Shown: positions 43,629 through 54,417 of the stretch, piece by piece | How positions within the stretch are numbered: position 1 is the first letter of the stretch | Layout: each line of letters opens with the position of its first letter | Source: Epithemia pelagica | Taxonomy: Eukaryota; Protista; Bacillariophyta | DNA length: 64,000 nt | NCBI GenBank assembly: GCA_946965045.2 | Contig: OX337241.1 | Span: 1,674,001-1,738,000, forward strand | Direction of reading: 5' to 3' | Made by a program: the position numbers and the translations under genes | Notes under the pieces: model-generated | The model's input: only the letters and a program-made list of their open reading frames with translations | The model's database searches: none | Told to the model about the DNA's origin: nothing

Positions 43629-45584
43629 CTATAACAGAAACCTGGCTTGAGGAAACTTCTTCTTGATCTCTCTCTTCATATTTCTTTGGATTCGTCCGAT
43701 TTGCCTCTTGTGCTTTTTCATCATTTTGCGCCCCTCCGTCATGATCTGATTGACACTATTGTTCAGCTTTCCAGGGTTTTGTCCGCCCTGGTTCTGGGAA
43801 GGTTTCCCATCCGGTGGTGTTGTGGTACCGTTCTGCTCCGTTACAACGGGATCACCTGCCTGGTTCATCTCGATTGGAACTTCTATGTCAGTCACCTCAT
43901 TGTAAGGTTCCACAACAATCTCATCGGCGCCGTCTGCTTCTGGATTAGGATAGATATTGCGTTCCTTAAAATAGTATTCCAGTTGTCCGGGAATGTGATC
44001 CAACGCGGCGGCCGATAGGACAGCCGCATCCAATGTGTGCACAAATCTCACCTTGTCTCGTCCTTGGTTAGCCTTTGCAATAAATTCCTGCATCCCTGCA
44101 AAGTCACCATCCCCAATGCCCACAATCACGCATGACAAGGGCGCCGAATCCGCTTCTTGGAATGCCAACACGTTTTGCGCCATGTCGGCTGGAACTCCAT
44201 TGGTCAGCAACACGAGAATGGAATAGGCGTGTCCATTCTCCAGTTCGTCCAAAGACGCTGCGGTGCATTGTCGGACGACTTGCGAAAAGTCTCGCGGGGA
44301 GCTCATTATAATACCTGACTTGAAGGCTTGGTCATAGGCCTCCAATATCCCCTCGACACCATGAACATATGAATCTTTGTCTTGTTTGTCTCCGGCTTTG
44401 TCGTGTAAGGAAAAGCAGTGGTTGACCTGTCCATCCCGTTTGGCGCCAAACCCATAGACAGGATATCGTTGGTCGGAATCAAAGTTGGACAGGGGTCGAC
44501 AAATGCTCGACAGGGACTTTTTGTAGTCATTGTGGTCACTGTCAAAGCAATGCAAGGAGGTGGATTGACGTGGGTCACCATTGCTGGCAGTGGCATCAAT
44601 GGCCACCATGGCATGCAGTTCACACCCACCACTCACAAAGTTGGCAAAGGTTGGAGCAATGAAATTGATGTCGTCGTCGCCTTCCAAGGTGAGTTCTTCA
44701 CTTTGAGCCGCAACAGCGATTTCCTCTTCTTGGTCGTTCTGGTAGACTTTCAGAGGCTCTTCTGGCGACGTATCCAGTTGGGGAAGAGATTCTGGTTCCG
44801 TCACGTCAGCCACAAGCACCGCAATATATCCTGCATCTTGGCCCTTTTGTTTGAGTGGTAGCGCCTTGTCACGGTCCACCTCTGGACCACCAGACGCTGC
44901 CTGAACCAAAGCATCCAGGTTGACCTGGGTTGCTCCCATGATGACATGGTTTCCATTTTCTTTGTGGTCGTATACGACCAACCGAAACGGTTTGTCTCGG
45001 TGTGCACCACAAAGGGTCGAAAGTTCCAGAAACGAGGATCCCCACTCTGGATTCACAGTATCCTGAATGGGAGGAGACCGAAAGATGGTATCCCACACCC
45101 GCGCTCCACTGACGGCAGAATGTCGCAGACGTTGCACTTCAAAAAAAGGATCGGGTTGACGCATCCGCTGTGTAGGAATCAGATCCAATCCCTGTAATTG
45201 AAATTGCAAACTTCCAAAATCGTGTGCGGATTCCAAACTGGCCACCACAATGCCTCCCTGGTCCTTCAACTCTTTGCCTAGAATGGACCCCTTGGCACCC
45301 AAAATACGACCCACTTCAAAGAGTGCCGACCCCATGGCCTTGTTGTTCTCTCCATTGTAAATTCTCACCACAAAATTCAATTCCGAGCCAAGCTGATAGT
45401 TGTCAATCCAAAAGAGTTTGGTCCAATCGGGGTCCACCGTGTTGGCAATCGTTTCCGTCTTTCCCAGCGCAACCGGTTTGGCACCCGCTTCTTTGCTCAT
45501 TAATGTGACCACTGCATACGGATCTGGTTGACGCAACCCACGTTTCCGAAGGTTTTCGGCCCAGATCGACAATTGCAACTTCAT
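43629..45584 (-). CDS. Copine (two C2 domains + vWA domain)
   Basis: C2: PDPYAVV..KTETI..TVDPDW and PDPFFEV..TVNPEW. vWA: MVAIDATASNGDP..SLH..YPVYGFGA..YSILVLLTNG..LSCVIVGIGDGDF. Likely start is the ATG at 45584. Confidence 0.92.
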   Translation of the reverse strand: MKLQLSIWAENLRKRGLRQPDPYAVVTLMSKEAGAKPVALGKTETIANTVDPDWTKLFWIDNYQLGSELNFVVRIYNGENNKAMGSALFEVGRILGAKGSILGKELKDQGGIVVASLESAHDFGSLQFQLQGLDLIPTQRMRQPDPFFEVQRLRHSAVSGARVWDTIFRSPPIQDTVNPEWGSSFLELSTLCGAHRDKPFRLVVYDHKENGNHVIMGATQVNLDALVQAASGGPEVDRDKALPLKQKGQDAGYIAVLVADVTEPESLPQLDTSPEEPLKVYQNDQEEEIAVAAQSEELTLEGDDDINFIAPTFANFVSGGCELHAMVAIDATASNGDPRQSTSLHCFDSDHNDYKKSLSSICRPLSNFDSDQRYPVYGFGAKRDGQVNHCFSLHDKAGDKQDKDSYVHGVEGILEAYDQAFKSGIIMSSPRDFSQVVRQCTAASLDELENGHAYSILVLLTNGVPADMAQNVLAFQEADSAPLSCVIVGIGDGDFAGMQEFIAKANQGRDKVRFVHTLDAAVLSAAALDHIPGQLEYYFKERNIYPNPEADGADEIVVEPYNEVTDIEVPIEMNQAGDPVVTEQNGTTTPPDGKPSQNQGGQNPGKLNNSVNQIMTEGRKMMKKHKRQIGRIQRNMKREIKKKFPQARFLL

Positions 45585-45890
45585 TGTCCAAGAGTGACTC
45601 GCAAGATATAGATGGAAAAAGACCACTGAAAATTGTGAGCGCGGTTTTTGAATCCTTTTGGGTGTGGGTCGGACGATCTTGAGTCAGTCGCGATTAGCGA
45701 TGGGTCATTCGTCATCGTCCCCCATCCAGTGTCTCTTGAGACGCTTTATAGTCGCTTCTACTTTCGTTGTTCGACGCCTTCCAGTTTCTCACGGAGACAA
45801 TGATCCAGGAGGCTCCCCGTAGCTTTGGCTTGCCATACCCTTAAAAAGAGACTGTCGAAGGCTTTCCTTCGTATTGTGTTCTTAAATACA

Positions 45891-48800
45891 ATGTTTGAAA
45901 AGACCTTGACCGATGTGGTCAAGGGTATTCGCGCGTCCAAACGCGACACGGCGCTCTTTATTAGTCAGTGCATTGCGGAAATCAAGACGGAATTGACCAG
46001 TGCCGATATGCACGTCAAGGCCAATGCCTTGCAAAAGCTGACCTTTCTTCAAATGATGGGATACACCATGAACTGGGCCAGTTTTGCGACCATTGAAGTC
46101 ATGTCCAGCCCACGATTTGCCCACAAACGAATTGGCTACTTGGCCGCCAGTCAAGGATTTACACAAGATACCGAAGTAATTTTGCTCACCACCAATTTGT
46201 TACAAAAAGAGCTGCGTGGGGCCGCTGTCACAAATTTATCCACCAATCAGGACGGTGTGTACGAAGCAGGCTTGGCAATCAACTGCATTTCCAATATCGT
46301 CACAGCCGATCTCGCAGCAGATTTGTTACCCGAAATGACACAATTGACCTCACATCCACAGCCCTATCTGCGCAAAAAGGCCATTTTGTGCCTGTTCAAG
46401 CTGTTTGTGCATTATCCACAAGGTCTACGGCTCACGTTTGGAAAATTACAAGCCTGTTTGCAAGACCCCAATCAAGCGGTGGTCTCTTGCGCAGTCAATG
46501 TGATTACGGAATTATCGGACAAGAATCCAAAGAATTACCTCAGCTTGGCTCCGGCCTTTTTTGATTTGTTGACCGGTAGTTCCAACAATTGGATGTTAAT
46601 AAAAGTGGTGAAATTACTGGGAAGTTTAGTACCAGAAGAACCACGTTTGGCCCGAAAACTGTTGGAGCCTCTGGCCAATATTGTACGAACGACACAAGCC
46701 AAGAGTTTATTGTACGAAGCCGTCCATACAATCACCCTTTGTTTGCCCTATTGTCCCAAACCAGATGGAAGTATGCCGGCCATTGTACCCGAAGTAGTTC
46801 AATTATCGGCGCAGACACTTCGCAGCTTGGTGGAAGAGTCGGATCAGAACCTCAAGTATTTGGGTTTGGTGGGATTTGCCAGTTTGATGCAGTCGCACCC
46901 GCGTGTATTAAGCAGTGCCGGTGTTGGGGATGCTCGACCTTTGATTTTGGCCTGCCTATCGGACCCAGATGTGACGATTCGGAAACGTGCCTTGGACTTA
47001 CTCATGGGATTGGCGACGCGAAAGAACGTGGTGGATTTGGTTTCCCAGTTGATGCAACATGTGCCATTGGCTCGGGGACGAGGGAATTACCGTCATGATT
47101 TGGTGGCGAAAATATTGGAAATTTGCAGCAGTGACAAGTACTCTTTACTTTCTGACGCTTCCAACGCTGCAGAGAATCATTTTGAGTGGTATTTCAATCA
47201 TGTTCTTTTGAAATTGGCTCATTTGCTCATGATTCATGGGGGAGGGTCTTCCTCCGAGCAGACGCATCCACATGCACAACGTTTGCACGATGAAATTGTC
47301 AATGTAGCGTTGCGAGTATTGCCCGTTCGTACCCATGCGGTTCAAAGAGCGTTTGAAATCATTTTATGGCGATCGCACTTCTCGGAGGAGGGCATGTTCT
47401 CGGGAGATGACGGACACGGCAATCACGGTGGCGGCGTCGACGGCAAACAACATATTGTCATGCCAGAAATTCTGCCAGCGTTGGCTTGGATCGTGGGCGA
47501 ATATTCGGACTTGCTCCCTGTAGCTTTGGAAAATGCTCATCTTCCCCCCATGGAAGGTGGCGCATCGACAAACGGCACGAATAGCAAAGGTCCATATCAT
47601 GCCATTGTTCAAGTCTTGTCGTCGCCATGGAATGTGAAAAAGCTTCCTACGACGTGTCAAAAGGTTTATTTGCAAGCTGTGGTCAAAGTCCTCGCGGCAG
47701 GCTCGGCAGCAGCTTCTTCTGTGGAAGAAAGGGAACTTGAAGCCTGTGTTGCAACGCTCGAGTTGAATTTGCCTATTTTTGTCCAAAGTGAAGATGTGGA
47801 AGTTGTAGAACAGGCCTTTACCGCCCTGGAACTCCTTCAGGTACTACAACTCAGCACCTCCGGTGCAGCAATCCCTGGCCTGGCCTTGGAGGACGATGCT
47901 TCTGATGATGAGGAGGAAGAGAAGCAAACGAGCCCTTCCATCTCCGGCGACTTGTTAGGCTTAGATAGTGATGCTTTGGGCAAGATCTCCCTTGGCGGAC
48001 TGAAGAAAAGCTCTTCAGACATTGCTAAAGCAAGCTCGGCGCAGACGGGTCTTGGCAAAAAGGTTCAAGACGCCTCGCCTCTACTGAACTACTTACTGAA
48101 ACCGTCGCCAATGAAACCAGTCAGTAACAAGGCACAACGGAAAAAACAACAGAGTGGACCAGTTGGTCATCCAAACATTGACCTGAATGCTCCTTTGGAT
48201 CTGTCAGTCATCCAAGGTCTCTTAGATGAAGAGTCGAGGTACTTGGCACAGAGTAAGTTATCGTTGGAATCCGTCAGTTTCACTCAGCAACGGCCACTCC
48301 AAGCATCTCCAGCACCTGCATCGGGAAGTACTTTCCCAGAAACTTGTTCTATACTCTCTAGTTCTGGACCGAGTGCTGTTGCAGGTTCGTCGACCAGTTT
48401 TCAAAATCCATCCGTTCCTAGTAGACCGCGACATGGTGATCCTTTTTACCTTGACTCTTCCCCGTCCCCACTGGCTGGTGCAACCGCAGGTTCAAGTCCA
48501 ACCAACCTGGCGGATGATGAGCAGAACCGCTTTGGCACCATGATTCAGCTTCCGGACGACGATGATGACGATCGACCGCAAACATCGAAAAAGCACAAAA
48601 AGGCCAAGAAGAAATCCAAACAATCCAAGAAGGAAACCTCCGCACCGATGCCCTTGGATTATCTAAATTTTGATCCCCATGCGACTTCCAAGCCAACGTC
48701 ACAGGATGGAGCTATCTTGCTCCAAGGGATGGAAGCTGTGGTGTCTCAACCACAAGTACAAGAAGCTCCTGCTACCATTCTTGACTCGGGCGACGAAGAT

Positions 48801-50021
48801 GAGGACGATGACGATGATGGATTCCGAAAACCCAGACGAAAAAGCAGTGAGTTTTCGAATCTTTCCAAGGTAGATTTGACCCGACCACTGGCCGAAGACG
48901 AAGTCATGCCAACTGCAAACCGGACGCATCGCGAATTGGTTACCGAAGTTGCTGCACCAGTCGATGAGCGAAAATCGAAGAAACAACTCAAGAAGGAACG
49001 CAAAGAAGCGAAGCAAAAGAAAAAGAAGGACAAAGCGACAACACCATCAACCAACCAAGCATCCGCCCCTATCGGCGATTTGTTGGACTTGTCTGTTTTT
49101 GGAGATGCGGCACCTGCAACTACCACTTCGACGCAAGCACCGCTAGAACAGATTGCGCCTCAACATTCCATGATAGCTTCATCGCATGTCATGGGTACCA
49201 ATCCAATTAATGCAGCCTTTGACGACCTCTTGGGGTTGGGCGCTCCCCCTTCAACGCCACCAGTTTTGCACACTCAAACCGCCGATCCGGAGGTATCGGG
49301 AGTTTCCAAGAAAAAAGGAAATCGTCCATGGATTCGCGGCTCAATTGAAAGCTTGCAGGCATCAGGCCAGCCACAACTGGATTGGACCAAAGTGCGGCTC
49401 TCGTTTCGCTTGTATCGTTCAGCTCAAGGTGGAAGCTCGGCAGCAATGGTTGTGGTCCGAGTGGAAAATCAGACAGGGGACAATGGACTCACGGGTCTGA
49501 TGCTGGATTTGGAGGGCTTGGCTGGAAGCTTGTCTCTGGGCAATGCATCTCCGGTGGCAGAATCCCAAAAGGTGGGCCCCTTCCTGTATCCAGTCGCGGA
49601 TGCGCCCTTGGAAGTGAAAGGGACGCTGCGTTTCTCAGGTGGCGCCTCAGTGCCAGTCAAGTTGCTACTTCCAGCCACATTGCATCTGACTCCCGAAACT
49701 GGTTTGCAGTTGGAACAGGTGGCGGAGCAACTAGCATCGGAACCTTTTACAAGCAGTTCGACACGCATTGAAATGCTTACAACCGATCTCGAACAGGTCA
49801 AAAAGATCCTGAGTAGTTTCTTGCGTGTAGGTTCCGTCGTGGAAACGGTTCCCAACCCTAAAGCAGCTACCTTTGCGGCCACGTCCTCCACGGGTGCCAA
49901 ACTGTTTGTATTGATCAAGCTTAAAGAGAATGGAATGGTGAAGGTGGACTTTCGATGTACTAACCCCAATCTGGCCAACGCCTTGGCGTCGGACCTGAAA
50001 AATGTCATGTCTTGGGATTAA
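45891..50021 (+). CDS. AP3D1: AP-3 adaptor complex subunit delta
   Basis: MFEKTLTDVVKGIRA..KANALQKLTFLQMMGY..HKRIGYLAA..NNWMLIKVVKL..DQNLKYLGL is the adaptin-delta trunk, followed by a K-rich hinge and ear. Divergent from copine across ~300 bp. Confidence 0.93.
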   Translation: MFEKTLTDVVKGIRASKRDTALFISQCIAEIKTELTSADMHVKANALQKLTFLQMMGYTMNWASFATIEVMSSPRFAHKRIGYLAASQGFTQDTEVILLTTNLLQKELRGAAVTNLSTNQDGVYEAGLAINCISNIVTADLAADLLPEMTQLTSHPQPYLRKKAILCLFKLFVHYPQGLRLTFGKLQACLQDPNQAVVSCAVNVITELSDKNPKNYLSLAPAFFDLLTGSSNNWMLIKVVKLLGSLVPEEPRLARKLLEPLANIVRTTQAKSLLYEAVHTITLCLPYCPKPDGSMPAIVPEVVQLSAQTLRSLVEESDQNLKYLGLVGFASLMQSHPRVLSSAGVGDARPLILACLSDPDVTIRKRALDLLMGLATRKNVVDLVSQLMQHVPLARGRGNYRHDLVAKILEICSSDKYSLLSDASNAAENHFEWYFNHVLLKLAHLLMIHGGGSSSEQTHPHAQRLHDEIVNVALRVLPVRTHAVQRAFEIILWRSHFSEEGMFSGDDGHGNHGGGVDGKQHIVMPEILPALAWIVGEYSDLLPVALENAHLPPMEGGASTNGTNSKGPYHAIVQVLSSPWNVKKLPTTCQKVYLQAVVKVLAAGSAAASSVEERELEACVATLELNLPIFVQSEDVEVVEQAFTALELLQVLQLSTSGAAIPGLALEDDASDDEEEEKQTSPSISGDLLGLDSDALGKISLGGLKKSSSDIAKASSAQTGLGKKVQDASPLLNYLLKPSPMKPVSNKAQRKKQQSGPVGHPNIDLNAPLDLSVIQGLLDEESRYLAQSKLSLESVSFTQQRPLQASPAPASGSTFPETCSILSSSGPSAVAGSSTSFQNPSVPSRPRHGDPFYLDSSPSPLAGATAGSSPTNLADDEQNRFGTMIQLPDDDDDDRPQTSKKHKKAKKKSKQSKKETSAPMPLDYLNFDPHATSKPTSQDGAILLQGMEAVVSQPQVQEAPATILDSGDEDEDDDDDGFRKPRRKSSEFSNLSKVDLTRPLAEDEVMPTANRTHRELVTEVAAPVDERKSKKQLKKERKEAKQKKKKDKATTPSTNQASAPIGDLLDLSVFGDAAPATTTSTQAPLEQIAPQHSMIASSHVMGTNPINAAFDDLLGLGAPPSTPPVLHTQTADPEVSGVSKKKGNRPWIRGSIESLQASGQPQLDWTKVRLSFRLYRSAQGGSSAAMVVVRVENQTGDNGLTGLMLDLEGLAGSLSLGNASPVAESQKVGPFLYPVADAPLEVKGTLRFSGGASVPVKLLLPATLHLTPETGLQLEQVAEQLASEPFTSSSTRIEMLTTDLEQVKKILSSFLRVGSVVETVPNPKAATFAATSSTGAKLFVLIKLKENGMVKVDFRCTNPNLANALASDLKNVMSWD

Positions 50022-50309
50022 TGGCTACGCATCTGACGCTGTTGGCGTCCTCCAAACCTTGCTTCATTTCCATAGAACGAGAAATTGGTGATTACCAGTT
50101 TATCTTTGTTAGATCAACTACGATAGGCATCAATAAACAAACTCCATTGTGGAACAACGGCACTGAAGTGTTATTTTTTTATTTACGTGTGTGCTGAAAG
50201 AAATTGGCAACTGGTTTTGGTTTGGCCTGCATTCTATATGTGTTTGGTTGTTGTTGCAAACGGTTTGCTGTATCATCAAGTTCTTGTTTCTATTCGCGCC
50301 GAACTGTCG

Positions 50310-51117
50310 CTAAAACTTTTCCACCCATGGTCGTACCTCCATTTCATTGGACCAGGCAGTTCTTTGCTGTTGAATGACGGCCATGTACGTCTTGGCAATT
50401 TCATCAGGATGCAGAAAGGCATCGGGTTGTTCCGTCCAAGGCGCTTGTCCAATGCCAATGGAACCATCAATCGATATCCAAGCGACATGAATACCTTGAG
50501 GCTACACAGAGCACAAAAAATGACAATGTGAAAATTGAAGTGAGATATCAGCATGAAAAAGTACAGGGTGAAATGAGCCAAAGAGGAAACCAACAATAAC
50601 CTACATGAAGTTCTCGTGCCATACTTTGGGCCAATCCTCGTTGCGCAAACTTGCCCATGGCAAAACCGGCATGGTCGGCTGGTCCTTTGAGTCCAGCCGA
50701 AGCTCCAGTGAACAAAATGGTTCCCTTCTTGCCCTTATCGTCCGTGGAATTGTTCATCATGGCAGTCGCGGCTTGTTGTCCAAAGAGGAAGGATCCAAAG
50801 GCTGTCACATCCAAGGCCTTTTTGACATCTTGCGCATCCAATTGTTGAAGCGGTCCATCGACACGAAAGGAGGGATTGAAAATGGCCACCTTGGGCGCCC
50901 GAGGCAATCCTTCAAACAATCTGGAAACTTGGGTGGAATTGGTCGCATCGCAAGCCACACAGGTTCCTTCGACACGACGCGCCAATCCGTCGAGTTTGGT
51001 AATGTCACGGGAAGCCAATGTCAGTTGATAGCCTTCCTTGTGGAGCAAACGAGCCAGGGAAGCGGAGAGACCATCGCCTACACCAATAATCACTGCAATA
51101 GGTTTCGACGCCGACAT
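50310..51117 (-). CDS. Short-chain dehydrogenase/reductase, two exons (51117-50605, 50501-50310)
   Basis: VIIGVGDGLSASLA (NAD-binding), FTGASAG, FAMGKF. A GTAGGT...TGTGTAG intron (103 nt) joins ARELH|PQGIHVAWISIDG...EMEVRPWVEKF*. Confidence 0.88.
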
Positions 51118-51257
51118 GGTGGTGGTGGTTGTTGTTGTGGAAGACGACGAGAGTATAGAACTTTCTATTGACTTGCCAGTTTTTTACTTCCATGACACTC
51201 CTTTTCAATCTGCCGATCTTTTTGCGTCAACCATTGGCCAATGCGATCATTCCAATG

Positions 51258-51505
51258 GTGTCTGTACTGGGTGGAGTGACGTGGCCGATGCTAGCCAGAC
51301 TCCGCGACCGACAACAGCGGTGCGACTGCTCCGCCTCCTCGACGCGAGGCGAGCATCCGATTTGATTCCCACAATCGGAAGTTTTAGGATGACCCTGATG
51401 CAGAGTCGTTGGAGCGTGAGAAGAGCTCACTCTTCTTGGGTTCAGCATCTTTGCAACGACTACGAGACGAGTTCGAGATCGCAACGATTCTAGTTAGCTA
51501 ATCTT
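51258..51505 (+). repeat. Repeat A1
   Basis: Matches 58921-59168 with one mismatch seen (GCTAGCC vs GCTGGCC). Confidence 0.95.
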
Positions 51506-51525
51506 CTGAGTTTACCTTGTTCATC

Positions 51526-54405
51526 ATGACTTTTACCGGTTCCAACCCTTTCCTTGAGGATCTCTTTGGTAAGACGCCGACGTCGACGAAAGGATCTGAT
51601 CCCCCTTCTCCTTCTTCGTCTGCTCCCGCGGCGGCGGCGGTTGTCTCCCAACCCGATGATTCGAATGGCGATCGCAAGCCTTCCGCCTCCGACAAGTCTT
51701 CCCTCAAGGATCACCATGCTAAAGCTGATGACTCTTCGGTGGATTCTGACGCTGACCTCCAAGAACAAGCCTTCTTGGATGCTGTTGCCTCCTCCAAGTC
51801 CAAGTTCCTGTCCAAGTCTGACAACAAGAAGCTTAAGGCTCCGCCTCCTCCGGTTCGCAAGTCTTCCACATCCCGCTCCGATGAAGATGCTCCTTCAAGT
51901 GCCCTTGATAAGGATGATTTCATCCTTGTCGACGACAAGGATGGTGACGACGTCGACAACGACAATCCGTCGTCCTCTCTCCGTGCAGGCGCCTACCGCC
52001 ATGAGTTCTACTTTACGCAGGACTTCCATTCGCTTGGAGACAAAGCCTTGGAACATATCTTCTCAAAGTTGACAAAAGTCGACCCGATCGACTGGTGCGA
52101 CTCTTTTCTCCAGCCATTTCACGTCGCTCTTTCTCGGGACCCTACCTTGTGGTCGCAGGTGTGCTCCAGCTTTAACCGTCTATCCTTCTCCGACGATCTC
52201 CATGTTTGGCTGACCTCGAAGATGAAGAGCCACCCACTGGCATTCCTTGGTTTGTCTCGCAATGGACGCCCCTTCCTCTTCCACAACATCTGCTGCCCTG
52301 CAGATTGTGGAACGTTCGTGGATCCTCAAGCGACATTCTATGGTCTTGACCGAATCTCATTCGAGTCTCCGCCCTTTCAGATCGACAGTGACGACATTCC
52401 CCTTTTGTTGTCCGAACATGTTTTCCCTAATGTTCCGACCTTTGCCGAGATCCTTGAGCATTGTGTTGTTGAGATCGACGATTTCTCCGATTCTTCGTCC
52501 GTTCCCCATCTCTCATTTGATCCCTCCAAGTTCAAGACCTTCACCGTAGCTTCCTCCTCCGACACTGGCTCGAAGTCTGACCGTGAATTTCTATGCTCAA
52601 GTTTGTGTCTTCTTCCTCCATGCTTGTCTGGTCTGATGCTCCACAATACTGACCGTTCGAGCCAAGACATTACCGTGTCATTCGAAGATATTGCAAGTGG
52701 ATTGTATAAAGTAGCTTTGTTTCACTGGTGGGAAGCCTCCAGAGATCTGTCCCCAGAGTCCAAGAAGTTAGGTATGCCGATCGATTACCCTCTTCTCCAG
52801 ATTCAGGAACCAATCATTCGTTTTTTGTGGATTGTTCTCCATCGTCGGAAGAATCCCAAGCTACAGTCCGTCTTCCCATCCATCCCTGCAGACCCACAGA
52901 AAGCGAATACTACATTGTTGGATCATCGTTCTCGAATCTTTCCCAAAAATGATTCGCACCCACAAGAACAGTCCTCTGTCCCTCGACGCCCATCCCTTCG
53001 TCGGTCCTCCTCAAGTGTTCGCTTTCGGTCACCATCACCGGTTGATTGTTTGCCTCTTCCAGACTCTTCACAATTGCGTGACCGTTCTTCTCCTCAAGGC
53101 GGCGTTCGCATGTTGGACGATGAAGGCAACGTTCATTTCGTCTCTCCCGAAATGTTCTTGCTCTCAAAATGTATCAAAGAAGTTACTTCCAAGAAGAGTG
53201 GAAATGAGGACGATATCACTGCTCCAGAGTCCAAGAGCATGTTTAGGGACATGCCCTTGAATGCCCAAAAACAATTACGTCTGGGATCGATTACCCCAAA
53301 GGCAACATCTCTCCCGGACGAACTGTCTCCGATCATCAAGATTGTTTGGAAGTCAAAGAATTCAGCGACATTCTTTGAGTCTTTCCTTGCAGAAGTGTTC
53401 GACCCATCCGACAATGCGTGCACAATCCTTTTCGGCCAATGCACTGTGATCCAACGACTTGGATTGCGTTGGAAATAGGAGGCTTGTCCTGGTGGCTTCA
53501 GCCCCTTTTCATTCAACCCGTACGCAATTCCGGGGCTAGATTCAAACAACACCTTGAACAAGAATATTCGCCAGCAAATCCACGACGCTTCCTTATGTCA
53601 TCTCAATGATATGAAGCAGTCAAAGGAGATGCAGCAACTTTACTCGGACCACAACTTGTTCTTCCCAAGAACCGCCGATGAATTCGAAAAACAACTTCGT
53701 TCCTTTTGGGCTTGTGCAAAAGGACTTTGCGGTGCCCCTTCAGCAATTGCGAACCAGATCCTCAAAGTCTTGAACTTTTATCATCAGTTTTGCACCAAGA
53801 TCATGGCCAAACAACAAAGCTCTGGCAACGATTTTTATTTCGGCCAATTTCTGTTTGCCATCGACGAGGCCGTCCAAGAATTCGTCTCTACCCTTTCAAG
53901 TGCATCATCCATTGGAGACGTGGGATTCCGGGACTTTGAAGAGCGAGTGAATTGGATTCTTTTCACCGTCAAGACTGGTTCGACCTTAGTCTCTCTTCCT
54001 CCAGCTCTCCAAGCCAAATTCCAAGCAAACCAACAGAAGAATTCCCAGAAGAAACGATCCGGTGGCTTTGATGACGGTTCCCCGAGCTCCAAGCGACAAC
54101 AAAATTCTTCCTCGACGAATTCTGAGACCACCAAGACCCCCATCACTTTCGATTCTCCTTCCAATTGGCGGAATTCCGAGAATGCAAATTATATGCGTGT
54201 CTTTCCCCCAAGCGTTCTCACAAACATCCCATTCGTCGAAAAGAACAACAAGAAACAACATTTCTGCAATATTCTTTTCACCAAAGGGATTTGCAAGAAA
54301 GGGAAGAAGTGTAAATTCCTCCATGACGATCCCAGCAAGCATGACAAGAAAGCGGCGATGGACGAGTTTTACCGCTCCGCGTACGCCAACGTCAACAACA
54401 ATTGA
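51526..54405 (+). CDS. Ngaro gag-like ORF1 with one internal in-frame TAG (53476-53478) and a C-terminal CCCH zinc finger
   Basis: ORFs 51517-53478 and 53554-54405 are in the same frame, with coding-like text across the stop (WK*EACPGGFSPF). C-x8-C-x5-C-x3-H motif CNILFTKGICKKGKKCKFLH. Confidence 0.8.
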
Positions 54406-54417
54406 CGCCAGGACGGG

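Noticed and set aside
50187-50596. ORFs 50276-50596 (-) and 50187-50531 (+) as separate genes
   Set aside because: The region is explained by the intron and second exon of the SDR gene, which is read in a different frame.
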